Positions 50,883 through 64,000 of a DNA stretch of 64,000 nt are shown here, one piece after another. The stretch covers positions 2,046,001 through 2,110,000 of the forward strand of contig OZ024763.1 in assembly GCA_964016885.1 (NCBI GenBank), given 5' to 3'. The DNA is from Eledone cirrhosa. Lineage: Eukaryota. How positions within the stretch are numbered: position 1 is the stretch's first letter; each line of letters opens with the position of its first letter. The notes beneath the pieces are model-generated. The model was not told where the DNA came from. It saw nothing but the letters and a program-made list of their open reading frames with translations, and ran no database searches. Both the position numbers and the translations under genes were made by a program.

Positions 50883-51113
50883 CTGCATGTATATATATAT
50901 ATATGCATGTATGTATATGTGTATATATATATATATATACACACTGCATGTATATGTATATATATATATATATATGCATGTTTGTACATACATATGTGTG
51001 TATATATATGTACATGTTTATATATATATGTGTTGTGTGTATATGTGTATATATATATATATACACATATACATACATGCATATACACACAACACATACA
51101 TATATACACACAC

Positions 51114-51162
<49 letters not shown>

Positions 51163-52025
51163 GACTATTACATGTCTGTGTGCGCATCTGTCTATCTCTG
51201 CGTGTCTGTCTATGTTTATGTGAGTGTCTCTCAGTGTAGGCATGTGTATGTGTTTGTATGTGTGTCTCTTGGCATGTCTCTCTGTGTGTGTATGTCTGTA
51301 CGTGTGTGTGTCTCTGTGTATGTGTGTGTATGCATGTACGTGTGTGTCTCTGTGTATGTCTGCATGTGCATGTCTGTATGTGTGTGTCTGCATGTACGTG
51401 TGTGTATCTGTGCATGTATGTGTCTGTGTCAGTAAGTATGTGTGAATGTCTGTACGTGTTTGTATCTGTGCATGTCTGTGTATGTCTGTGTCAGTTAGTG
51501 TGTGTGTATGTCTGTAAGTGTGTGTATCTGTGCATGTCTGTATGTGTCTGTGTATGTGTCCGTACGTGTGTGTATGAATGTGTCAGTGTGTGTATGTGTG
51601 TCTGTACGTGTGTGCATGTCTGTATGTGTGTGTGTGTGTCCGTACGTGTGTGTATGTCTGTACGTGTGTGTATGTCTGTACGTGTGTGTATGAATGTGTC
51701 AGCGTGTGTTGGTGTCCATGTTTGTTTAGGATATGCGATACAGTCCTATTAACCAATGATCACTGACGATGAAAACCAAACGTACTCTTTCACTAATGAT
51801 ACAACTTTCCACCTCACACATACACATACACACACACACATATATATACATACATACATATATACACACACACATGTATAAATATATATATATATACATA
51901 CACACACACACACACACACATATATATACACACTCATATATACATATATACACACACATACTCACTCACTCATATATATATATAAATACATACATATATA
52001 TATGTATACACACACACACACACTC

Positions 52026-52060
<35 letters not shown>

Positions 52061-52119
52061 CATATATATATATATATATATAAATGCATACATATATATA
52101 TGTATACACACACACACTC

Positions 52120-52155
<36 letters not shown>

Positions 52156-52172
52156 TCATATATATATATATG

Positions 52173-52210
<38 letters not shown>

Positions 52211-52380
52211 CACACAAGCATACATTCATACATACAAACACACATATATATATATATTTATATATAATACATAACATACAAGTATATTGCCCAATATACT
52301 ATACATACATTCATATATATATACACATATATATATATACACATACATACAGACACTCAAACACACACATATATATATAT

Positions 52381-52419
<39 letters not shown>

Positions 52420-52470
52420 CATACAGACACTCAAACACACACATACATATATATACATATATATATATAT
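50495..52470. repeat. TA/TG/CA compound microsatellite block with an RTE-tail remnant (50615-50662)
   Basis: Direct inspection. Confidence 0.9.
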
Positions 52471-52796
52471 GTTCTCAGATCTGCAGTTCTTTTTGTCTCC
52501 CACAGTACACAGTTGTTGTATTATAGTTCGACAGTAGAACTAAAGATCACAACCATTTTCTTCATGTCAGCAGCAACAACAACAACAGCTACAACAAATA
52601 CTACTCTATTCTCGGCTTCTAAAACAGTATATATGTGTTAGTGCATCTTTATATATATACATATACATATATGTATATATAGCATCATCATCATCATCAT
52701 CATCATTTATACATAGGTTAATAGTTGTAAAGTGATATCACTGACTTAACTGACTTAACTGACTTCAATTTTGTGTATAAAGCACTCATCAAACAA

Positions 52797-52829
<33 letters not shown>

Positions 52830-53289
52830 TATATATATACACATATATATATATATACACATATATATATATATACACACATATATACCTATACATATAC
52901 ACATAACCAACCCTGTCTCTTCCTTCACATTTATTCTTATATGCACACATATATAATATATATTAGACAGTTTGTAAGGATCTGATATATATATATATAT
53001 ATGTATATATAGATATATATATAATATTTTATGATATGATAGATGAAATAATTACTGGAATAATTTTTCAAAAGAATCTCACAGAAAATCTACTCAGCAG
53101 AAATATGATCTGGCACCATTTTCTATTTATTGACATAATTCTGATATTTATTGAAGATGATGATGAATGTTTAATAATCAGGCAAGAGGCCAATGGAAAG
53201 TTTGTGTAACAAGAAAGACGACAGCATCTTTTTTTTTTTGTTTTAAATCAACAACTATTTGGAATCAAAGATTGTGAGAAAGTTTTGGA

Positions 53290-54470
53290 GAAAAAAAAGT
53301 GTATTTTTTAAGCTCAGTCAAAATTTATGAAAAAAGTATTTAAAAAAAAAAAGATTTTGTTGAGCTCAGTCAAAAATCATACAAAAATTATGAAAACAAA
53401 AACAAATATTTTGTTTGCTCAGTCACAAATTTAAAAAAAAAAACCTATTCTGTTGAGCTCAGTTGAAAATTAAAAAAAAAAACTATTTTGTTGATCAAAC
53501 ATTAAAAAAAAAAGTATTCTATTTAGTTCAGACAAAGATTTAAAAAAAGTGTTCTGCTGAGCTCAATCAAAAATTATATTTAAAAAATACTCTGTTGAGC
53601 TCAATTGGAAATTTTAAAAAAATCTATTTTGTTGATCAAACATTCAAAAAGAAAGTATTATGCTGGGCTCAGTTAAAAATAAGAAAAAAAACATATTCTG
53701 TTGAGCTCAGTCAAAAATTGGAGAGAAAAGTATTATACTGAGCTCAGTCAAGAATTAGAAAGACAAGTATTATACTGAGCTCAGTCAAGAATTGGAAAGA
53801 AAAGTATTATACTGAGCTCAGTCAAGAATTGGAAAGAAAAGTATTATACTGAGCTCAGTCAAGAATTGAGAAAAGAAAACTATTGTTGAGCTCAGTTAAA
53901 AATTATTTTAAAAAAAATATTCTGTTAGGCTCAGGCAAAAATTATTTTACAAAAACCTCTTGTGTTGAGCTCAGTGAAAATTTATAAGAAAAAAACGTAT
54001 TCTGTTGAACTCAGTCAAAAATTGGAGAAAAAAACTATTTTGTTGAATTCAATCAAAAATTGGAGAAAAAATCTATTCTGTTCAGCTCAGTCAAAATTTA
54101 TATAAAAAAAAAGTATTCTGTTGAGCTCAGTGAAAAATTTAAAAGAAAGCAAATTTTGCTGAGTTCAATCAAAAATCGAGAAAAAGAACATATTCTATTG
54201 AGCTCAGTCAAAAATTATAAGAAAAAGATTTCTGTTAAGCTCAGTTAAAACTTGAAAAAAAAAAACCTATTCTGTTTATCTCAGTCAAAATTTATAAGAG
54301 AAAACTATTCTGTTGAACTCAGTCAAAAATTGCCAAAAAAAAAAGTATTCTGCTGAATAATTGAGAAAAGAAACCTCTTCTGTTGAGCTCAGACAAAGAT
54401 TGAAAAAAAACTATTTTATTAATCTCAATCAAAAAGAAAAACATATTCTACTCTGCTCAGTCAAAAAATT
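53290..54470 (+). repeat. Old degenerate ~40-bp satellite (about 25-30 units)
   Basis: Recurrent TATTCTGTTGAGCTCAGTCAAAAATT plus an A-tract. A homogeneous sub-block lies at 53729-53868. Confidence 0.85.
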
Positions 54471-54608
54471 TGTTTTAAATATATATTTTGGGGAGATTAA
54501 AATATACCAATATTTCTTATAAAACGGATTATATATAAGGACTTGACTTTAACAGATAAGTTTAGAAGATTCCATTATTTGTTATTCACTGTGTATATGT
54601 AGTGTATA

Positions 54609-54799
54609 TGTAAATACTCGAATATAAGCTGAGAAATATGTTACCAAAAATCCAATGGTAGAAGGAGGTCGTCTTATATTCGAGGTCAATATTTTGTTGA
54701 TGTTCAACAACTTCAAATTCTATGTAAATAAGGTTTGGATTTTTGCCCATTTCTCAGACATAAAATAGTGGTGTCAGCTTATGTTCGAGTATATATGGT
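54609..54799. mobile_element. pogo/Tigger-like MITE
   Basis: TACTCGAATATAAGCTGA ... TCAGCTTATGTTCGAGTA. Homolog of 11819-11992. Confidence 0.65.
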
Positions 54800-54872
54800 A
54801 TATATACATAAAGAATTATATATACAATAAACATAAAAAATTTATATATACATAATTTCTTTTTCTCCATGT

Positions 54873-55116
54873 TTAGCCCTTTCATGGTCATATTTCTAAT
54901 GAAATGAACTCTATTTAACTTAATTTATTAATTAATTTAAAATGCTGATTTACTAAAATTATAAATTATTTCACTTACTAAATAGTAACTTAACGTATGA
55001 TTCTTATATAAATGTATGTTGGAAGATATTTTTTTTAATAGGAATCTTTTAAAATTAGTGGTTTTGTTTCATCGAACCAGGATAAATTTTGGCCTTGTTG
55101 TTACCCAAAGGGTTAA
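54873..55116 (-). mobile_element. Unamplified, diverged copy of MITE M1
   Basis: TTAG-CCCTTTCATG ... CCAAAGGG-TTAA. The reverse complement aligns with the 65-bp unit plus 3440-3772. Confidence 0.75.
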
Positions 55117-55167
55117 ATAAGAACCCCATAAAATAGATGGTTTTGTTTCATAGAATCAGTGCCATTT

Positions 55168-55830
55168 TGTGATCTTTCAATTTGGAGAAGTAGTGGCCCT
55201 ACCCAGAGTGACTCTCTGATCTCCGAGCTACAGATCTGTCCAGTGATTCCTTCCTGAGACCTTCTAACCACATGCCCATAGTATCGGAGCTGTGATCTCT
55301 CAATTCAGAGAAGTAGCAGCTCTACCTGGAGTAACTCCAGTGATTCTTTCCTGAGACCTGCTAACCACATGACCCTAGTATCGGTGCTGTGATCTCTCAA
55401 TTCAGAGAAGTAGTGGCTCTACCCAGAGTGACTCTACAGTGATTCTTTCCTGAGACCTTCTAACCACATGACCCTAGTATCGGTGCTGTGATCTCTCAAT
55501 TCAGAGAAGTAGTGGCTCTACCCAGAGTGACTCTACAGTGATTCTTTCCTGAAACATTCTAACCACATGTCCATAGTATCAGAGCTGTGATCTCTCAATT
55601 CAGAGAAGTAGCAGCTCTACCTGGAGTGACTCCAGTGATTCTTTCCTGAGACATTCTAACCACATGACCCTAGTATCGGAGCTGTGATCTCTCAATTCAG
55701 AGAAGTAGCAGCTCTACCTGGAGTGACTCCAGTGATTCTTTCCTGAGACCTTCTAACCACATGTCCATAGTATCGGAGCTGTGATCTCTCAATTCAGAGA
55801 AGTAGCAGCTCTACCTGGAGTGACTCTCTA
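55168..55830 (+). repeat. 97-99 bp tandem array (~6.5 copies)
   Basis: GTGATCTCTCAATTCAGAGAAGTAG at about 55292, 55389 and 55488. Confidence 0.9.
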
Positions 55831-56137
55831 ATCTACTAGCTACACACTTTATCGAGTAACGTTACTCCAAAGACCCCAAATTTGATGTTTGTTAACCAGT
55901 CAAATATTGTCCTGCTCCTGTATTTAAACTGTTCATTGGCTTCGTATAGGAAAAGGGTGTATGTTTTATTTTCATTTTACACCCAATATTTAGGGATAGG
56001 ACAGAGCTGATTATGGCTGGTGCCCTCAACAGCATAATAGGGATGTTGTTTTGGTATAGTGTAGTAGTGTGGAATTAATGGAATAAATAAACATTGTGAA
56101 AAATTGACATACACAGGGTATTGTCTTTGTACTGGGG

Positions 56138-56170
<33 letters not shown>

Positions 56171-56477
56171 TTCTATAAATATATATATACACACATTTAT
56201 ATAAATATATATATATATATACATATATATATAAAAAATAAATATTTATATATTTATATTTTTATTATATATATATATGTATGTGTGTGTGTGTGTATAT
56301 GTATGTATGTATAAATGTGTATAAAGAGTTGAGTTATGGTGAGAGTGACTGTGAATTGAGTGGAGGAGGTGGGGTTGATTAGATACATCATGTGTGGGGG
56401 TGTGTCTCCTGTGTAGTGTATAATTATCAACATACATTTATATATACATCTACTTTCATATATCTATATATACATAG

Positions 56478-56905
56478 ACACAACACTAACCATACATATA
56501 TATATATATATACACACACACAGCACAAACATATATATATATATACATACACACAACACTAACCATATATATACATACACACAACACTAACCATATATAT
56601 ACATACACACAACACTAACCATATATATATACACACACACAACACAAACATATATATATACATACACACAACACTAACCATATATATATACACACACACA
56701 ACACAAACATATATATATACATACACACAACACTAACCATATATATACATACACACAACACTAACCATATATATATACACACACACAACACAAACATATA
56801 TATATACATACACACAACACTAACCATATATATATATATATATATACATACACACAACACTAACCATATATATATATATATATATACATACACACAACAC
56901 TAACC

Positions 56906-56963
<58 letters not shown>

Positions 56964-57140
56964 CACTCTGAGTAGCATCTCTCATATACACAGCTTTTAA
57001 TATATATTATTCCACTCTATTTAACGGTATTGAGTACCTTTTCTTTTACACTGCTGCTTTGCAAATCACACCAGAGTGAACCTATAATCACCTACCACAC
57101 ACATACATATATATACATACATACACACACATATATATAT

Positions 57141-57177
<37 letters not shown>

Positions 57178-58215
57178 GACATATATATATACATATACAC
57201 ACACATACAGACATATATATATACATATACACATACACACAGACATATATATACATATACACATACACATATATACATATACACACACAAACATATATAT
57301 ATACATATACACATACATACATATATATATACATATACACATACACACAGACACACATATATATATATATACACATACACACACACACATATATATATAC
57401 ACACACACACAGGCATATATATATACATATACACACACATACAGACATATACACATACACACATATATACATATACACATACACACAGACATATATATAC
57501 ATATACACATACACACATATATATATATACACACACACAGACATATATATATATATATACATACATATACACATAGACACATATATATATATATACACAT
57601 ACACACAGACATATATATACATATACACATACACACAGACATATATATACATATACACATACACACATATACATATATATATATACACACACACAGACAT
57701 ATATATATATATACACATACATATACACATAGACACATATATATACATATACACATACACACAGACATATATATACATATACACACACACACAGACATAT
57801 ATATATACATATACACACACACACAGACATATATATATACAGATACACATACACACAGACATATATATACATATACACATACACACATATACATATATAT
57901 ATATACACACACACAGACATATATATATATATATACATATACACATACACACAGACACATATATATACATATACACATACACACAGACATATATATATAC
58001 ATATACACATACACACACATATATATATATACACACACACACAGACATATATATATATACATATACACACACACACAGACATATATATATACATATACAT
58101 ATACACACAGACACATATATATACAGATACACACACACACAGACATATATATACATATACACATATACACACACATATATACACACACACACACATATAT
58201 ATATATATACACATA
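56478..58215. repeat. CA/TA compound minisatellites interrupted by a short P-type tail fragment (56959-57090)
   Basis: CACAACACTAACC(AT)n and ACACAGAC(AT)n units. TATTGAGTAC occurs at 57028-57037. Confidence 0.85.
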
Positions 58216-58336
58216 CATGTGTGTGTTGATTGCTAAGAAACAAAGTTAGCCTTTTAATATTTTTTAACTGAAATTAATCCTTAAGTCTTATACATACATA
58301 TATACATATATACACACACACAAATATATATATATT

Positions 58337-58381
<45 letters not shown>

Positions 58382-58974
58382 TGGTATATTAGTGTATATC
58401 AATACCGTTTCTTTTACTAATTTGTTTATTTAAAATTTTGTTTAATTTTTCCTCTTTTACTGTGTTCTGTCATTGGACTATGACCATGCTGGAGCACCTA
58501 TCATTTTTTATATACACTTATATACACATATATAAATAAACATATATATATATATTGATAACGTTAAACATACACACACACACACATATATATATACACA
58601 CACACACAATCATAAACGTATATATATATATATAGCGACACATGTAAGCATGCCTGTTAACACACACACACATTAACACACACACTAACACACACACACA
58701 TTAACATACACACATACACTCACATACATATACACTCATATGTCTCTGTGAACACTTTTTCTCTACACACCAGAAAGAAACTGTGTATATATCTCTCTGT
58801 CTCTCTCTGTATGTATATATGTGTATGTATTATATATATATATATATGAGTGTGTATATGTGAGTATATATGTATATATGTGTGTGTGTATGTGTGTGTA
58901 GACAAATGTAGTTTATGAAAGGGTTATTGTTATTCAAGGGAAAATATCAACTGTTGTGGAAGTAAATGAGGGGA

Positions 58975-59409
58975 AGAGATAGATAGACAGATAGATATAT
59001 ATATATGTAGAGAGAGAGGGATTGGTAGATAGAGAGAGAGAGAGAGAGAGAGATTGGTAGATAGATAGATAGATAGAGAGAGAGAGGGTAGATAGAAAGT
59101 GAGAGAGATAGATTGAGGGAAAGTAACAGAAAGTAAGAGAAAAATAGAGAGAGAGAGAGCCAGCCAGTCAGCAAGAGAGAGATAGAGAGAGCCAGCCAGC
59201 AAGAGAGAGAGAGAGAGAGAGCCAGCTAGCAAGAGAGAGTGAGAGATAGAGAGAGAGAGAGAAAGAAAGCCAGCAAGAGAGAGATAGAGAGAGCCAGCCA
59301 GCAAGAGAGAGAGAGAGAGAGAGCCAGCTAGCAAGAGAGAGTGAGAGATAGAGAGAGAGAGAGAAAGAAAGCCAGCAAGAGAGAGACGGCTAGAGAGAGC
59401 CAGCCAGCC

Positions 59410-59445
<36 letters not shown>

Positions 59446-60003
59446 AGCCAGCCAGCCAGCAAGAGAGAGAGTGAGAGAGAGAGAGAGAGAGAGCCAGCCA
59501 GCAAGAGAGAGAGAGCCAGCCAGCAAGAGAGAGAGTGAGAGAGAGCCAGCCAGCAAGAGAGAGAGAGAGAGAGAGAGCCAGCCAGCAAAAGAGAGAGAGA
59601 GAGATAGAGAGAGAGCCAGCCAGCAAGAGAGAGTGAGAGATAGAGAGAGCCAGCCAGCAAGAGAGAGTGAGAGATAGAGAGAGCCAGCCAGCAAGAGAGA
59701 GAGCCAGCCAGCAAGAGAGAGAGAGAGAGCAAGAGCCAGCCAGCAAACAAGAGAAAGAGATAGAGAGAGCCAGCCAGCAAACAAGAGAGAGAGAGAGCCA
59801 GCCAGCAAAAGAGAGAGAGCGAGAGAGAGAGCCAGCCAGCAAAAGAGAGAGAGAGAGCCAGCCAGCCAGCAAGAGAGAGAGATAGAGAGAGAGCCAGCCA
59901 GAAAAAGAGAGAGAGATAGAGAGAGCCAGCCAGCAAAAGAGAGAAAGAGAGAGAGAGAGCCAGCCAGCAAAAGAGAGAGAGATAGAGAGAGCCAGCCAGC
60001 AAG
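58975..60003. repeat. (GA)n compound repeat with GCCAGCCAGCAA interruptions
   Basis: Direct inspection. Confidence 0.95.
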
Positions 60004-60295
60004 TAAAGTGGCATTTTCAAATCTCCGTGATCTGTGTTTCTGTGTTTCTTGTTGAGAACATTCCTGGCAAGACATCAGACAGAAACTTTAACGAAAGAGT
60101 CAGATTACTTTTGTGGACACAAACCTTAACAGTTTAGACATACAGACTTGTGACTTCTGGCTCTCCCTTCTTCTTCTTCTTCTTGTTGCCGTTGTTGTTG
60201 GTGGTGGTGTTGCTGGTGTTGCTGTTGTTGGTGGTGGTGTTGTATTATTCAATGAAAATTAAGATAACTGAAGACTTCTTGTTGTATATTTTTAG

Positions 60296-60343
<48 letters not shown>

Positions 60344-60351
60344 TATATATA

Positions 60352-60400
<49 letters not shown>

Positions 60401-60542
60401 TTTTGAACTTTTATTTTTTAAAGACTCCCTTAGGGTCTCACACAGCTTTCATGTGTGTTTGTTTATACATATATATGTATATATATAACATACATACTTA
60501 ACATATACACACACACACATATATATATACACACACACACAC

Positions 60543-60597
<55 letters not shown>

Positions 60598-61644
60598 CAC
60601 ACATCCATAGCATATGCACACATATGACATACGTACATACATACACATAAACACACACACACATATATATATATATAAAAATATATATGTTTATGGATAT
60701 ATTTCTGTATAACTCTCTAGTGTGCGAAAAACACATTTAGTGGTTGTTTGTTGCCAGCTTGTTTCAAAATGACTGTCATTTGTTGCTTTTTACAGCCTCC
60801 TTCTTCTGGAAGTAATACAAGGCTCTAAAAATATCTACGATTAAAATATATCAAATCCAAACCAAATGTACAATGGATGATTATTATTATTATTATCATT
60901 ATTATTATTGTTATTATTATTATTATTATTATTTTATTGCTGTTGTTGTTGTTGTTATAGACCAAATTTTGTCAGTTTGGTTTAAAACCTCTCTAGCATT
61001 CCAGTTTGTAACTTCACCACTTACAGACAAATGTTGTTGATATTTAAAACTTTTATAACTCTACACACAATATATTATACACACCATATATTATATATAT
61101 TATATACACTGTACACCTTATATAAACAATATATTACACACACTATACACCCAACTTAAATACAATATATTATACACATACACACATTATATACACATAC
61201 ATATTGTACACATAACATAAACACAACACACAATATAAACAATACATTATATACACTATATATATATATATATTATATATAATATACACACTACAAACAT
61301 TATATATACACTATACACATTATACACACTACAAACATTATATATATACACACTATACACAATATTACACACACTATGCACACTTTATAAACACAATATA
61401 TACACTTCGAACATTATATATACACTATACACAATATTACACACACAATGCACACTTTATAAACACAATACAATATACACATTATATACACAATATACAC
61501 ACTACAAACATTATATATACACTATACACAATATTACACACACTATGCTCATTTTATAAACAATAAAATATACACATTATATACACAATATATACACTAC
61601 AATATGTGACAAAGAATTCACAGCAGACAGCTCAAAACTTTAAA

Positions 61645-61730
61645 ATGTCTAAGAAGTATTTTGTAAACTATCCTTCTCACCCTGGATTATTAAATGACAA
61701 CCTTCGCTTCCATTCGAACCAAAGAGATGA
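61645..61730 (+). CDS. Candidate ATG-containing exon (MSKKYFVNYPSHPGLLNDNLRFHSNQRD)
   Basis: TAAAATGT start context, 28 open codons in a non-repetitive island and a GA|GTAAGT donor. No homology is recognised. Confidence 0.3.
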
Positions 61731-61785
61731 GTAAGTAACAGAAAGATTCTTTCTTATATTGTTTTTACTCTTTTTGTTCTGTTTT

Positions 61786-61994
61786 TTCTTCTTCTTCTTC
61801 TTCTTCTTCTTCTTCTTCTTCTTCTTCTTCTTCTTCTTCTTCTTCTTTGCCTTCTTTTTCTTCTTCTTCGCCTTCTTTTTCTTCTTCTTCTTCGCCTTCT
61901 TTTTCTTCTTCTTCTTCTTCTTCGCCTTCTTTTTCTTCTTCTTCTTCGCCTTCTTTTTCTTCTTCTTCTTCTTTGCCTTCTTCTTCTTCTTCTT
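61786..61994. repeat. (TTC)n compound microsatellite
   Basis: Direct inspection. Confidence 0.95.
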
Positions 61995-62049
61995 TGGCCA
62001 CTTATTCCTGAGAGGGTCGAGGAGGCAGTCCTCAAATACTCAATCCAGA

Positions 62050-62207
62050 TTGATTAAATTGACCCCAGTACATTACTGGTACTTAATTTTATTGAGCCCG
62101 TAAGGATGAAAGGCAAAGTTAACTTCGGAGGGATTTGAACTCAGAATGCAAACAACTGGAACAAACGCTACAAAGCATTTTGTTCAATGCTCCAACATTT
62201 TTGCCAA
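62050..62207 (-). mobile_element. Diverged SINE family B copy
   Basis: TAAGGATGAAAGGCAAAGTTAAC...GATTTGAACTCAGAA. Confidence 0.75.
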
Positions 62208-62213
62208 AAGGCT

Positions 62214-63820
62214 CAGGTGTAATAATAAAAAAATTACCTGCATTTTACTTAATGGTCTAACAACTTTGCCAATTTGTGACAAGTGTAAAAATAATAATTT
62301 ACCTATATTTTACCTGACATTTTAACAATTCTAACAACCTGTGACAAGTGTAAAAATAATAATTTACCTACATTTTACCTGACATTTTAACAATTCTAAC
62401 AACCTGTGACAAGTGTAAAAATAATAATTTACCTACATTTTACCTGGCATTTTAACAATTCTAACAACCTGTGACAAGTGTAAAAATAATAATTTACCTA
62501 CATTTTACCTGACATTTTAACAATTCTAACAACCTGTGACAAGTGTAAAAATAATAATTTACCTACATTTTACCTGGCATTTTAACAATTCTAACAACCT
62601 GTGACAAGTGTAAAAATAATAATTTACCTACATTTTACCTGACATTTTAACAATTCTAACAACCTGTGACAAGTGTAAAAATAATAATTTACCTACATTT
62701 TACCTGACATTTTAACAATTCTAACAACCTGTGACAAGTGTAAAAATAATAATTTACCAACATTTTACCTGACATTTTAACAATTCTAACAACCTGTGAC
62801 AAGTGTAAAAATAATAATTTACCTACATTTTACCTGACATTTTAACAATTCTAACAACCTGTGACAGGTGTAAAAATAATAATTTACCTGTATTCTACCT
62901 GATGGTTTAACAACTCTCCCAATCTGTGACAGGTGTAATAACAAAAATTTACCAACATTTACCTGACAATTTAAAAACTCTGCCAATCATCTGTGACAGG
63001 TGTAATAACAAATTTTTTACCAACATTTTACCTGATGGTTTAATAATTCTGCCAATCTGTGACAGTTGTAAAAATAATAATTTACCTACATTTTTACCTG
63101 ATGGTCTAACAATTCTGCTAATCTGTGACAGGTGTAATAATAATACTTATTTACTGACATTTTACCTGATGGTCTAACAATTCTACTAATCTGTGGCAGG
63201 TGTAAAAATAATTATTTACCTACATTTTAACAATTTTAACAAGCTGCGACAGGTGTAAAAATAATAATTTACCTATATTCTATCTGATGGTCTAACGATT
63301 CTGGTAATCTGTGACAGGTGTAATAATAATACTTATTTACTGACATTTTACCTGATGGTCTAACAATTCTACTAATCTGTGGCAGGTGTAAAAATAATTA
63401 TTTACCTACATTTTAACAATTTTAACAAGCTGCGACATGTGTAAAAATAATAATTTACCTATATTCTACCTGATGGTCTAACAATTCTACTAATCTGTGG
63501 CAGGTGTAAAAATAATCATTTACCTACATTTTAACAATTCTAACAAGCTGCGACAGGTGTAAAAATAATAATTTACCTATATTCTACCTGATGGTCTAAC
63601 GATTCTGGTAATCTGTGACAGGTGTAATAATAATACTTATTTACTGACATTTTACCAGATGGTCTAACAATCCTACCAATTGGCGAAAGGTGTAATAACA
63701 AAAATGTACCTATATTTTACCTGACAATATAAAAACTCTGTGAATCACCTGTGACAGGTGTAATAATAAAATTTTTACCAACATTTTACCTGATGGTCTA
63801 ATAATTCTGACAATTTACCA
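62214..63820. repeat. ~65-bp satellite, homogeneous at 62320-62880 and diverged at 62880-63820
   Basis: CAATTCTAAC at 62391, 62456 and 62521. Confidence 0.92.
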
Positions 63821-64000
63821 AGGTCAAGAGCTGGAAGCTTCTAATAAAGGATCATGGTACTTGACCTGACCTAACCTGACTTGACCTCCTTAATTAAATA
63901 TTGGGTTGGAAGAGGTGTGGGGAGGGGGGGGGGGACAGAAGGTGAGACTGGAATTAGAGAACAGAGCAAGTGGTGTTCTATGATAGCCATGTCAGTGAGA

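Overview
This is a repeat-saturated, AT-rich eukaryotic window. From the SINE families and the microsatellite density I infer an octopus or other coleoid cephalopod genome. Almost every ORF in the supplied track is a microsatellite or minisatellite translation artefact. Host-gene signal is limited to one convincing internal exon encoding the first half of a LIM zinc-finger domain (39023-39305, +) and two candidate ATG-containing exons (12078-12264 and 61645-61730, +). The rest is transposon debris: two tRNA-derived SINE families, 3' fragments of RTE, CR1, R4/Dong-like and Tx1-like LINEs, and piggyBac-like, hAT and Tc1/mariner MITEs. Two patterns stand out. (1) At least 15 minimal hammerhead-ribozyme (HHR) folds from about 7 sequence-unrelated families, read and paired by eye. 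Most sit in short Penelope-like terminal modules inserted in (TA)n tracts, often as long fold-back inverted repeats, and several families share a downstream TRTTGAGTRC motif. (2) Most of the 45-113 bp tandem arrays are local amplifications of a segment of a transposon whose single-copy form is visible elsewhere in the window. All coordinates and pairings were read manually and no database search was run.
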